From contig CAWBKL010000005.1 in assembly GCA_963789405.1 (NCBI GenBank), positions 98,088 through 162,087 on the forward strand: 64,000 nucleotides of DNA, given 5' to 3'. The notes under the pieces were generated by a model, which had not been told where the DNA came from, did not search any database, and was given only the letters and a program-made list of their open reading frames with translations. Below are positions 30,544 to 39,713 of this stretch, piece by piece. This DNA is from an uncultured Alphaproteobacteria bacterium (GTDB taxonomy: Bacteria; Pseudomonadota; Alphaproteobacteria; CAWBKL01). The stretch's first letter is position 1. Each line of letters opens with the position of its first letter. Made by a program: the position numbers and the translations under genes.

Positions 30544-31221
30544 CTATGCCTCGCGGTCGGCAGGATGCTGGAAGCAGATTGTGTATCCATCCGGATCGCG
30601 CAACGTAAGCTGCTTCATGCCGTAATAGCTCGTGGCGGGGGGGTCGGCGGCAACACCTCTTGAGCGCAGATATTGATAAGCCTCATCGACCGAGCGGCAG
30701 CTGAAATAGAGCGTCACATCGCGTTCCGTCTTGATGCGCCCGGGGTCGGGCTCAGCCGGCCGGTCCTGCGGTTCATAGAGCGTGTTGAGCATGAGCTCTA
30801 TGGTCTTCAGGCGCAGCCGCGCCCAGCCATATTCGTCGGCCACCTCCTTCTGCCGCGTGCGCAGCCATTGCTGCACCTCCGGCGACCATCTAGCGGCCTG
30901 CATGATCTTGAAGCCGAGCACATCGCGATAAAATGCGATGGAGGCCGGCATATCGAACACCCAAAGCAGCGGCGCCATGCCTTGAATGTCGATCGGCCTC
31001 GGTTCGACATGGGCTTTGAGCGCGCGCCAGCTTGGAAAACCATAACGGCGCGCGATCTCGAGCTGCGCATCGGCGAGCTTGGCTTCGGGCTGCTGCGCTT
31101 GCAGAGCCTTCAAGTGCGTTTTGGCCTCGCTTTTCAGATGCTCGAGGCTCGCGTGCTGCGGCAACGCTCGAAGTTCGCGTGTTGCTTTGGAATGTGTGGT
31201 GTTCAGCGCTTGGGCCATGGC
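30544..31221 (-). CDS. VOC (glyoxalase/bleomycin-resistance) family protein with an about 90 aa N-terminal extension
   Basis: The C-terminal half (…LLWVFDMPASIAFYRDVLGFKIMQ…) has the VOC fold signature. The N-terminal helical extension (…LADAQLEIARRYGFPSWRALKAHV…) could not be assigned. Confidence 0.5.
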   Translation of the reverse strand, partial: AMAQALNTTHSKATRELRALPQHASLEHLKSEAKTHLKALQAQQPEAKLADAQLEIARRYGFPSWRALKAHVEPRPIDIQGMAPLLWVFDMPASIAFYRDVLGFKIMQAARWSPEVQQWLRTRQKEVADEYGWARLRLKTIELMLNTLYEPQDRPAEPDPGRIKTERDVTLYFSCRSVDEAYQYLRSRGVAADPPATSYYGMKQLTLRDPDGYTICFQHPADREA

Positions 31222-31418
31222 AAGACCTTCCTTCCTCAAGACGCCCGAGGTCCGCGATCGCCGGGCAGGAAGCAAGGCAAGATGTCGTAACCGACAAGAT
31301 CGGTGGGCTGTGCCCTTCACGCGGACCGTTGGCCGCCGCTCCGGCCAAGTACAACTTTAGAGGAGCGCTCGACCGGTTGACAAGTAAGGGGCGGCCTTTG
31401 AAAGCCGCCCCTCGCAGG

Positions 31419-32582
31419 TCAAGCGCCGCTACGCTCCGGCTCATCGCGCTCGCGCAAGCGCACGAGCGAGGTGAGCAAAGCATCGAGGCCCTGCCCGGCA
31501 CCGGCATGAAGGTCGATACGCCCGACCTTTTCGGTCACGCGCTCGAGCGCCTCCAGCTCCTTCAAGCGCAGGAGCGTCGGGCTTTCCTCCATCAGCCGCG
31601 CGGTGTTGAGCAGCGAACGCGTCGCTGCCGTTTCCTCACGGCGCCGGATGATATTTGCCTGAGCGATCTTTTCGGCCTCGACGACCTTGTTGATCAGCTC
31701 ACGCATATCGCCCGGCAGGATCACGTCCTTGATGCCAAGCTCGGTCACCGCGACACCGATATCGCCGAGCGTCTCACGGACATGCCCGACGATTTCGCCG
31801 TCGACGCTCTCGCGGTCGTTCAAGACCTCGTCGAGCGTACGCCGCGCCACCGCCTCACGCACCGCGAACTGCACGAGCTTGTAGACATGCTCGGTGAAGT
31901 TCGGCGTTGCGAGCGCGGCCGTCTTCGCTTCGGTCACCTTGAGGAACGCCGTGAGCGTCAAACGTACCGACACGCGGTCCTTGGTCAAAATCTCCTGAGC
32001 GGTGATCTCGACCGGGGTCGGACGCGTATCGATCTTCTGCACGCGCACGGTGCGGCCCACGAGCCAGAAGCCATGGCGCCCGGGCTTCAATTCCTCGACA
32101 AGCTCGCCGTCGAGAAATAGAAGGCCCACCTCATGCTGGGCGATCTCCACGATCTGAATGAGCGCACGCCGTCCGCTCGCCGGCACGGTCTCGAGCGCAG
32201 CGACATCGGCGCGCGCAAGGCGCGGCGCATCGGCCACGTCGATCTTCCGTACCGTGACGGTCTTGAGCTCGCTCCAGAACCGCAAGACTTCGCCCGGCCC
32301 CGCGACAAGCGCCGGCAGCCCGTCATAGCTGATGACGGCAACCTCGCCCGGCGCAACGCGCACGGTGATCAGGCGCCCGCTTGTCAAATCGATTTGCGCG
32401 CGCTCGAGCACCTCGCCCCAGTTCGACTTGAACAGGGGATCGCGGATATCGAAGATTTCGGTAATCAGCCGCTTGGCTAAGTCCAGGAACTGGTGCTTGC
32501 CCGGTTCGAGGACTTGCGCAATGCGGCCGTCGCGCACCAAAATGGCGCGCTCGTGCTCTCGCACGATGACGGTCTTCCACAT
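31419..32582 (-). CDS. SPFH/band-7 (stomatin/slipin-like) domain protein with an about 170 aa N-terminal extension, no obvious TM anchor
   Basis: 387 aa product with an SPFH core (…ITAQEILTKDRVSVRLTLTAFLKVTE…) and a C-terminal coiled-coil (…EKIAQANIIRRREETAATR…). Confidence 0.6.
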   Translation of the reverse strand: MWKTVIVREHERAILVRDGRIAQVLEPGKHQFLDLAKRLITEIFDIRDPLFKSNWGEVLERAQIDLTSGRLITVRVAPGEVAVISYDGLPALVAGPGEVLRFWSELKTVTVRKIDVADAPRLARADVAALETVPASGRRALIQIVEIAQHEVGLLFLDGELVEELKPGRHGFWLVGRTVRVQKIDTRPTPVEITAQEILTKDRVSVRLTLTAFLKVTEAKTAALATPNFTEHVYKLVQFAVREAVARRTLDEVLNDRESVDGEIVGHVRETLGDIGVAVTELGIKDVILPGDMRELINKVVEAEKIAQANIIRRREETAATRSLLNTARLMEESPTLLRLKELEALERVTEKVGRIDLHAGAGQGLDALLTSLVRLRERDEPERSGA

Positions 32583-32704
32583 GACACGTATAAGTCCTCC
32601 AAGTGCTTCCCTTCACCATTGAAGGGGCGCGGAACATATGTATGCGATGCAGCAAATGCAAGCGCTAATTTTGCAACGCCTACGGATGATTCTCTCACTT
32701 CGTC

Positions 32705-32812
32705 ATGGCCGGGTCGTCATCCCGGCCATCCATCGCTCAGCGCGCGCTGTCACTCGAACTGAATCCGCAGCGTTTGTGGATCCATGGATGGCCGCCACAA
32801 CGGGGCGGCCAT
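32705..32812. repeat. Pair of REP-like GC-rich hairpins (ATGGCCGSS-N7-SSCGGCCAT) in a 500-bp intergenic region
   Basis: 32705-32729 reads atggccggg-tcgtcat-cccggccat and 32788-32812 reads atggccgcc-acaacgg-ggcggccat. Each is a perfect 9-bp stem with a 7-nt loop. A related ggccgga-gga-tccggcc palindrome occurs at 26016-26032. Confidence 0.4.
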
Positions 32813-33096
32813 GACGAGTTAGATAGGAAAAGGCGCGGCCGGAAGCGTTCCATGAAAGCGCGCGGGCCCGGTTTTGAGCGCGCAAGCGGCGATGCCTATC
32901 TCGATCGCACTATCCGCCGCCATGGCTGCGAACTCTGCAATCGAGCCTTTTCATCGCGCTCACGCGCGGTATCCATCCGTGCGCGGGGCCCGATTTCATG
33001 TGCGAGAGATCCCGTCCCCGCGCTTTCGAGCTTTGCTCTCTGGCGCTTTCGCGTGACCTCACGCTGAACAACTCCCGGCCTTGCCCATCGTTCAAG

Positions 33097-33171
33097 AATG
33101 GAGAGGGAATCGAACCCTCGACAAACCGAATTCAGAGTCAGTCGCTCTACCTGCTGAGCTATCCAATCGAA
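33097..33171 (-). tRNA. tRNA-like element (degenerate tRNA or tRNA with indel errors; anticodon loop CUCUGAA(U))
   Basis: The minus strand reads GATTGGA-TA-GCTC-AGCAGGTA-GAGC-G-ACTGA-CTCTGAAT-TCGGT-TTGTC-GAGGG-TTCGATT-CCCTC-TCCATTC. The D-arm and T-arm (GGTTCGATTCC) are canonical. The acceptor stem has a T:T mismatch at 3:70 and the anticodon loop is 8 nt. Confidence 0.4.
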
Positions 33172-33312
33172 TACCGATTTGCGTCGGCAATCTTGGCTTA
33201 CCAGGCCAGTCCTCTTCAGGAACACGTTGGCGGCATCGCCGCCCCGCGCCTGCGGGAGCAGAAACCCCTGCAAGAAGAGGGACGCGGGAGATAATCGCTC
33301 CACGCGCGGAAA

Positions 33313-33660
33313 TCAAGCCTCGAGTTGGGGGAGCTGCGCTTGCAGCTTCTTGGGCGCGACGCACTTCCAGGCCGTGGTGATGAGATGTTTCAGCTCGGCT
33401 GCGCGCAAATTCTCCACCTTCACAAAGCTCCAATAGAGCTTTCCCGCGATCATGGGCGAGAAGGTTTCGGGGCGCGTCTCGAACAGCACCAGCTCGAGCT
33501 CTCTTGGCAGCTTGAAGACCCAGCGCTGCTCCCGGTCGCCATAGAGGATGAAGGTCTTCTTGCCGACATTGAACCAGTGGCCGCCATAAAGCACCTCATG
33601 CGCGCCGGGCAGCGCGAGGGCGATTTTTTTGATCGCAGCATATTTCTGCGGGCTCTTCAT
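33313..33660 (-). CDS. MmcQ/YjbR family DNA-binding protein
   Basis: About 115 aa product (MKSPQKYAAIKKIALALPGAHEVLYGGHWFNVGKKTFILYGDREQRWVFKLPRE…), the MmcQ/YjbR (DUF419) fold signature. Confidence 0.6.
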   Translation of the reverse strand: MKSPQKYAAIKKIALALPGAHEVLYGGHWFNVGKKTFILYGDREQRWVFKLPRELELVLFETRPETFSPMIAGKLYWSFVKVENLRAAELKHLITTAWKCVAPKKLQAQLPQLEA

Positions 33661-33830
33661 CCCAAGCTGTCGATGATCTTGGCCGGCACGACAATCCCCG
33701 TCGCATTCATCCCTTCGACCTGATGTGGTTTCGTCTTGAACTTGGTCATGACCTGTTTTCCAAGTCTTCAGTAATCGAAGTTTAACTCTGTAACGCGACG
33801 ATAAATTGGCAGCGAATAGATGGTGTCCAA

Positions 33831-34070
33831 ATGGGGCATCCCAATCATCGTCCGGATTGTAAGGCAAGACTCTTTAGCACCTCGTGCCAGGCATGTGGGA
33901 AGCCTGTGTTCGTCTACCATTGCAGCTGCCTGAGTCACGCCGTATTCGATCACGATGGTCCGCCCTGGCCCGAACACGTATGCAAGAAAGGCGCTCAACC
34001 GTCGAAGATTAGATTCACGCAAGCGCGGGGCGGCTGGCTCATAAAGAAGGGAACTGCCGCAAACAGGTGA
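33831..34070 (+). CDS. Hypothetical small Cys/His-rich protein (possible zinc-binding)
   Basis: 79 aa ORF MGHPNHRPDCKARLFSTSCQACGKPVFVYHCSCLSHAVFDHDGPPWPEHVCKK… with C10, C19, C22, C31, C33, H36, H41, H49 and C51. It lies in a gap between two minus-strand genes. No RBS was verified. Confidence 0.25.
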   Translation: MGHPNHRPDCKARLFSTSCQACGKPVFVYHCSCLSHAVFDHDGPPWPEHVCKKGAQPSKIRFTQARGGWLIKKGTAANR

Positions 34071-34117
34071 CTGACGAAGAAGATTGCCAAACGATCGACG
34101 AGAGGATAGTTGGTGTC

Positions 34118-35647
34118 GTCACTTCCAAATGGCCTTGCCCGTTCCGGGGAGGCCGAGGCGCGGCCATTTTTCGTCGATCGTCTTGATCACTTCATCCGAC
34201 ATGCGGATTTGGCGGCCCCATTCGCGCGCTGTCTCGCCCGGCCATTTGTTGGTGGCATCCAATCCAATCTTGCCGCCGAGCCCTGAGACCGGCGATGCGA
34301 AATCGAGATAATCGATCGGCGTCGTACTCGACCACTGTGATGTCGCGCGCTGGGTCCATGCGCGTCGAGATCGCCCACATCACATCCTTCCAGTTTCGCG
34401 CGTCGATGTCGTCATCAACCACGATCACCCATTTCGTGTACATGAACTGGCGCAGATAGCTCCACACCGCCATCATCACGCGCTTGGCGTGGCCGGCATA
34501 GGCCTTCTGTCATGCTGACGACCGCGATGCGATAGGAGCAGCCCTCGGGCGGCAGCCAGAAATCGACAATCTCGGGAAATTGCTGTTGCAAGAGCGGAAT
34601 AAAGACTTCATTCAGCGCTTCGCCCAGCACGCTCGGCTCATCCGGCGGCCGCCCGGTGAAGGTCGAAAGATAAATCGGCTGGCGCCGCATGGTGATCGCC
34701 GTGATGGTGAACACCGGAAAGCGCTCGACGGAATTGTAATAGCCGGTGTGATCGCCATAGGGGCCTTCATCGCCGTAATCATCGAGCGAAACCGTGCCTT
34801 CGAGCACGATCTCGGCTTGCGCCGGCACTTGCAGGGGTTGCGAGACGCAATCCACCAGCTCGACCTTCTGTCCACGGAGCAATCCGGCGAACTGATATTC
34901 ACTAAGCGTGTCGGGCACAGGCGTCACGGCGGCGAGGATCGTTCCCGGATCGGCGCCGAGAACGGCAGCGGCGGGGAAGGGCTCGCGCTTCGCCTTGCCC
35001 CAGCGGGCATGATGTTGCGCGCCGCCGCGATGCTTCAGCCAGCGCATCAGCGTTGTGTTTCGCCCGGTCACCTGCATGCGGTAGATGCCCAGATTGTAAT
35101 TGTCTTCGCGCTTGTCGCTCGGGCCCTTTGTGACGATCAGCGGCCAGGTGATCAGCGGCGCCGGCTCGCCGGGCCAGCAAGTCTGAATCGGCAATTGCGC
35201 AAGATCGATCTCGTCGCCGCGCCAGACAATTTCTTGCACCGGCGCATTGCCGACGCTCTTCGGTTTCATCGCCATCACTTGGCGCGCCAGCGGCAACAGC
35301 TCGAGCGCATCTTTAATTCCGGCCGGCGGCTCGGGCTGGCGCAGGAAAGCGAGCGTCTCGCCCACTTCGCGCAATTCCGCAGCGCTCGTGCGCTCCTTTT
35401 CACCAAGCGTGACGGCACGCGCAACGCGCGTCACCGTGCCGAAAAGATTGGCGAGCACCGGCATGGAAGAGGCTTGCCCATCGGCGCGCGCGACATTCTC
35501 GAACAACACGGCCGGCCCGCCTTCAGCCAACAGCCGCGTGCAGATCTCGGTGATCTCGAGCACGCTCGAAACCGGCTCTTTCACGCGCACAAGCTCACCC
35601 TCGGCTTCGAGGTGCTGGATAAACTCACGGAGCGAGCGGTAGGCCAT
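34118..35647 (-). pseudogene. ubiD: UbiD family decarboxylase (4-hydroxy-3-polyprenylbenzoate decarboxylase), 2 frameshifts
   Basis: Residues 1 to about 410 in the 34415..35899 frame ([22 protein letters not shown]…). The middle is in the 34192..34479 frame (…[44 protein letters not shown]…). The C-terminus (…[64 protein letters not shown]) is in a third frame. Confidence 0.65.
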
Positions 35648-35753
35648 GGCGGCGGTTATTGCTTGTCCGGGCCCTTGCGACAAGAGCTTTAATCTGCCTC
35701 CTATCGTAAATCGATCGTCAAGCCGAGTGTGCTTCCCCAAATGGAGAAAGCGA

Positions 35754-36455
35754 ATGAGCCAGCGGCACCTGCATCCTGAACGCCACGCGATTGAGCGCAT
35801 CGGCTGGCTCCGCGCCGCGGTTTTGGGCGCCAATGACGGCATTGTTTCCACCGCAAGCCTGATTGTCGGCGTGGCTGCCGCCGCCGCATCGAAAGACACG
35901 ATTCTGATGACGGGGGCCGCCGGCTTGGTCGCGGGCGCGATGTCGATGGCGGCGGGTGAATATGTGTCGGTCAGCTCGCAATCCGATACCGAGCGTGCCG
36001 ATCTTAGGCGTGAGAGCCAGGAGCTGAGCGCGAATGTCGAGGCCGAGCATCAGGAGCTTGCGAATATCTATATCGGCCGGGGCGTCGAGCCTGAGCTTGC
36101 GCGCCAGGTCGCCGATCAATTGATGGCCAAGGACGCGCTTCAAGCACATGCGCGCGACGAGCTGGGCATTTCCGAGATGAGCACGGCGCGCCCGGTTCAG
36201 GCGGCGCTCACATCGGCCGTGACATTCGCGACCGGCGCGGCCTTGCCGCTCATCACCGTGCTGCTTGCGCCAAGAGATGTCATGCTTCCTGCTGTCTCTG
36301 TCACCGCTTTGGTTTTCCTTGCGCTGTTGGGGGCTGTCGGCGCGCGGGCGGGCGGCGCCGGTATTATCAAGGCCGTGATGCGCGTGACGATTTGGGGCGC
36401 GGTTGCGCTTGCCGTCACCGCCGGGATCGGCCTTGCTTTCGATGTTGCGCCATGA
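35754..36455 (+). CDS. VIT1/CCC1 family (vacuolar iron transporter-like) membrane protein
   Basis: About 233 aa product with an N-terminal cytoplasmic domain (…[19 protein letters not shown]…) and the typical VIT/CCC1 TM helices. Confidence 0.6.
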   Translation: MSQRHLHPERHAIERIGWLRAAVLGANDGIVSTASLIVGVAAAAASKDTILMTGAAGLVAGAMSMAAGEYVSVSSQSDTERADLRRESQELSANVEAEHQELANIYIGRGVEPELARQVADQLMAKDALQAHARDELGISEMSTARPVQAALTSAVTFATGAALPLITVLLAPRDVMLPAVSVTALVFLALLGAVGARAGGAGIIKAVMRVTIWGAVALAVTAGIGLAFDVAP

Positions 36456-36540
36456 GCGCCGCGAAGAGCGGTTGTTCGCGATGCGCCCTGTGATACCGTT
36501 GCGGCGGAAAGCAAGACGAATAACCCCCGGGAAGACTCGC

Positions 36541-37080
36541 ATGGAAGATACAGAGCGCCGACTGCGCGCCATTGAAGACAAGATCGAGATCTATGAGCTG
36601 ATGATGCGCTACGCGCTGGGCCTGGATACCTCAGACCCGGATCTCTATGCATCGGTGTTCACCGACGACGCATATCTCAACGTGGCGGGGATCGAATACA
36701 CCGGCCACAAGACAATCAAGGATATGATCGCCGGCTTTCGCGAGCGGCTGGATCTTTCGAACCGGGTGCCGGATCCGCACGGCTTCATCTTCGGCCCGGT
36801 GCGCCATGTCGTCACCAATCTCAGCATGAATATCAAGGGCGATACCGCAACCGCGGAATCCTATTCCATTGAGATTGCGTCGGGCGGCAGAAACGAGAAA
36901 GGCGAGGGCCAGTTTCAAAGGATCATCAATGTCTGCCGCTATCAGGATGATCTGGTAAGAGAGGGCGGCAAATGGCTGATCAAGAGCCGGCTCATCATCG
37001 GCGACCTCTACGGAAAGATCGGGCCGATCGATATGACGATTTGGCCGCACACCAAGGCGCCGAGTGCGCTCAGCCCGTGA
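36541..37080 (+). CDS. SnoaL-like / NTF2-fold (DUF4440-like) protein
   Basis: About 179 aa product (MEDTERRLRAIEDKIEIYELMMRYALGLDTSDPDLYASVFTDDAYLNV…), an NTF2-like fold pattern. Confidence 0.5.
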   Translation: MEDTERRLRAIEDKIEIYELMMRYALGLDTSDPDLYASVFTDDAYLNVAGIEYTGHKTIKDMIAGFRERLDLSNRVPDPHGFIFGPVRHVVTNLSMNIKGDTATAESYSIEIASGGRNEKGEGQFQRIINVCRYQDDLVREGGKWLIKSRLIIGDLYGKIGPIDMTIWPHTKAPSALSP

Positions 37081-37089
37081 TCGAACGAA

Positions 37090-38274
37090 CTAGCCTTCGC
37101 TCTCGACCACACGCTCGGCGGGCAGGACGATCGTGACCGTCGTGCCCCTGCCGGTGCCTGAATTGATTGAGAGCTTGCCGCCGAGCAGCTCACTTAAGGA
37201 GCGAGCGATCGGCAGGCCGAGGCCAGTGCCTTCATAGCGCCGCGTCATGGAGTTATCGACCTGCTGGAACGGCTCGAGTGCCTTCGCGATTTGCGAGGTC
37301 GTCATGCCGATGCCGGTATCTTGCACGATAAAGACGGCCGCAGAGCCAGGCTGTCGATGCGCCTTGAACGTAACTTTGCCGCCGGCCGGCGTGAATTTCA
37401 CCGCATTCGATAGAAGATTGAGCAGCACTTGTTTCAAGCGCTTGGCGTCCGCTCGCAGCGTAAGCGGCGCTTTCGGCATACTGATGTCGAGCGTCACCTC
37501 GTCACGATGGGCCGCCTCGGCAATCAGCCGCGCACATGAGCCCATGATCTCAGCGACATCGAGATGCTCCTCATGCATCTTGACGTGACCATTCTCGATC
37601 TTAGTCATGTCCAAGATGTCATTGATGACTTCCAGGAGATGCGTGCCGCTCGAATGAATGTGGAGCGCATATTCTGCATAGCGCTCATCGCCCATGGCGC
37701 CCAGGAGCTGATCCTTGATGATCTCGGCAAAGCCCAGGATTGCGTTGAGCGGCGTTCTCAGCTCGTGGCTCATATTCGCCAGGAATGTCGACTTTGCACG
37801 GTTGGCGGCCTCGGCCTGGATCTTGGCGACGCGCAGCTCGTTTTCAGCGACCTTGCGCGCGGTTATGTCTTCGACCGTGCCCTCGTAATAGAGGAGCTTG
37901 CCATCGGCATCACGCACCTCGCGGCAATTCTCGGTGATCCAAATGACGTTGCCGTCCTGACGGTAGATCTCCGATTCAAAGCCGGAGAGCATCTTTCTCT
38001 CATTCATAAGGCGGACGAATTCGCCGCGACGGTTCGGGTCGACATAGAGCTGCCGCTCGATATTCGTGAGCAGAGAGAGCATTTCCTCCGGCGAGTCATA
38101 GCCGTAGATTCGGGCGAGCGCGGGATTGGCCTGCAGATATTGGCCATCAGCCGTGGTCTGGAAGATGCCCCAAAGCGCATTTTGGAACATGTCCCGATAA
38201 AGGTGGAGAGCTTCGGCTTCGGTGTGCGGTTGCACCAAGGAGTGTGAAGCGCGTTTCTCAGCACGAAGCGACAT
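37090..38274 (-). CDS. PAS domain-containing sensor histidine kinase (orphan, no adjacent response regulator)
   Basis: The product has a PAS domain (…ALWGIFQTTADGQYLQANPALARIYGYDSPEEM…), an H-box (TFLANMSHELRTPLNAI) and a G1/G2 HATPase region (…VQDTGIGMT…GTGLGLPIARSL…). Confidence 0.75.
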   Translation of the reverse strand: MSLRAEKRASHSLVQPHTEAEALHLYRDMFQNALWGIFQTTADGQYLQANPALARIYGYDSPEEMLSLLTNIERQLYVDPNRRGEFVRLMNERKMLSGFESEIYRQDGNVIWITENCREVRDADGKLLYYEGTVEDITARKVAENELRVAKIQAEAANRAKSTFLANMSHELRTPLNAILGFAEIIKDQLLGAMGDERYAEYALHIHSSGTHLLEVINDILDMTKIENGHVKMHEEHLDVAEIMGSCARLIAEAAHRDEVTLDISMPKAPLTLRADAKRLKQVLLNLLSNAVKFTPAGGKVTFKAHRQPGSAAVFIVQDTGIGMTTSQIAKALEPFQQVDNSMTRRYEGTGLGLPIARSLSELLGGKLSINSGTGRGTTVTIVLPAERVVESEG

Positions 38275-38415
38275 AACGAATTGCTCACCCTTATGACCAG
38301 GGCAAGATAATATCGAGGCCTTACAATGGCGTAAAACCAATCATTTTGCCGATGTCGCGAATTGGTGCGGTGGCGAAAATTGAGGCAAGCGTGAACAGGT
38401 TGCTAATGCGATGCC

Positions 38416-39087
38416 TCAGCCGGTCAAACGAAACACACTGGTCTCGCGCGTCTCTTTATCTTCAAGATCGAGGCTCGTCCGAATCGAATATTCGGCAACG
38501 CGCTGGAGGCCGGACTTCGGTAAGTAGCTGCGGCCGGGATCCGCCAGCAAAACCACCGAGCCTTTTTCAGCAAGCTCGCTGAGCCAGGCGATGGAGCGGG
38601 ACGACATAACGCGCTCGTAGCAGATATCGCCGGTGAGCACCAAGTCTGGAACGAGATCGGAGCCGATAAGATCCTCGGTCGTCGTCTCGACCGCGACATG
38701 ATTTCGCGAGCCGTTGAGAGCGCACACTGCGGTGGCCAGAGGGTCGATGTCCGAGCACAGGACTGAGAGCGCGCCGGCCTGAGCCGCCGCAATCCCCGCA
38801 ATGCCGCAGCCGGATGCGAAATCGAGCACCGTTCGTCCACGCGCAATCGCCGGCTCGTCGAGGATATAACGCGCGAGTGCTTGGCCGCCTGGCCAAGCGA
38901 ATGCCCAATAGGGTGGTGCCAGCCCCTGCTCCTCGAACTCTGACTCGACAAGCTCCCAGAGCGGAATAGCCATATTGCCCAAGAGGAGCTCGATCTCCGG
39001 TACGAGCGGCGTCCGGCTCACCCGTGTATTGCGGGCGATGAATTCCTCCGGCGCTTCGGTGGATCCAATTGTCGTGTTGTTCTGCAT
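38416..39087 (-). CDS. Class I SAM-dependent methyltransferase (PrmA-like)
   Basis: SAM-binding motif I VLDFASGCGIAGIAAAQAGA and the acidic motif II LCSDIDP. About 223 aa. Confidence 0.55.
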   Translation of the reverse strand: MQNNTTIGSTEAPEEFIARNTRVSRTPLVPEIELLLGNMAIPLWELVESEFEEQGLAPPYWAFAWPGGQALARYILDEPAIARGRTVLDFASGCGIAGIAAAQAGALSVLCSDIDPLATAVCALNGSRNHVAVETTTEDLIGSDLVPDLVLTGDICYERVMSSRSIAWLSELAEKGSVVLLADPGRSYLPKSGLQRVAEYSIRTSLDLEDKETRETSVFRLTG

Positions 39088-39141
39088 GCCCCGTTCACTC
39101 TGCGTGCGGCGAGCGACACACACAAGCAATTAATCGCTGGT

Positions 39142-39684
39142 TCAGAACGTCATGAGCGCATAGCCGCGGTTTTGATATGTCATGAGCGCGATGAGCGCAT
39201 CGCTCGCGACGGTCACGTCCGGCCCAAGCATCGCGGATGTGATGCCGTCCGCGCGCATCTGCTGACCATCGACGAAGATCTCGGCGCCTTTTCTCTTGAG
39301 TTCGGCAATCGGGGCGAGATTTGGGTTGGGCACGCCATGGCGCGCCTTGTAGCTCGCATCATTAAGCGCTGCGTCGATCGCTTCGCCGTGAAATATGATG
39401 GCGAGATCGACATTCTTTGCCGGCACTCCGCTTGCGCCAAGCAGCGCATCCTGCTCGATCCCGAGCATGCGAACCCCGGGCACGACCTTGTCCGGAAGCT
39501 CACCCGCTTTTGTGGCATCGAAGATCGCCTTGTAGACTTGCGTCTTGTCGGGCCCCACGGCCGCCCCCGGGATTGGCACATAGCGCTCGGGTTGAGCCGG
39601 CGGCGGCGTTATCAAGGGCGCTTCGGCTGCCGCGACAAGCCCGGGAATGAACCCAAGCAACAGTATGAGCGCTGATGCGCGCAT
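39142..39684 (-). CDS. DsrE/DsrF-like family protein (secreted)
   Basis: About 180 aa product with a signal peptide (MRASALILLLGFIPGLVAAAEA) and the DsrE-like core (…DLAIIFHGEAIDAAL…). Confidence 0.45.
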   Translation of the reverse strand: MRASALILLLGFIPGLVAAAEAPLITPPPAQPERYVPIPGAAVGPDKTQVYKAIFDATKAGELPDKVVPGVRMLGIEQDALLGASGVPAKNVDLAIIFHGEAIDAALNDASYKARHGVPNPNLAPIAELKRKGAEIFVDGQQMRADGITSAMLGPDVTVASDALIALMTYQNRGYALMTF

Positions 39685-39713
39685 GATCTCCCCCACCGCG
39701 AAAGCCTGCTATT

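Noticed and set aside
33097-33171. Assigning a definite isotype (tRNA-Gln-CUG or tRNA-Phe-GAA) and calling a genomic island at this tRNA
   Set aside because: The anticodon loop is 8 nt with an ambiguous register and the acceptor stem is mismatched. No integrase, direct repeat of the tRNA 3' end, or GC-skew break was found nearby.
31032-36581. 31032..32120 +, 34580..35692 + and 35718..36581 - long ORFs
   Set aside because: They are antisense to the SPFH, ubiD and VIT genes respectively. They have no domain signatures and are Arg-rich.
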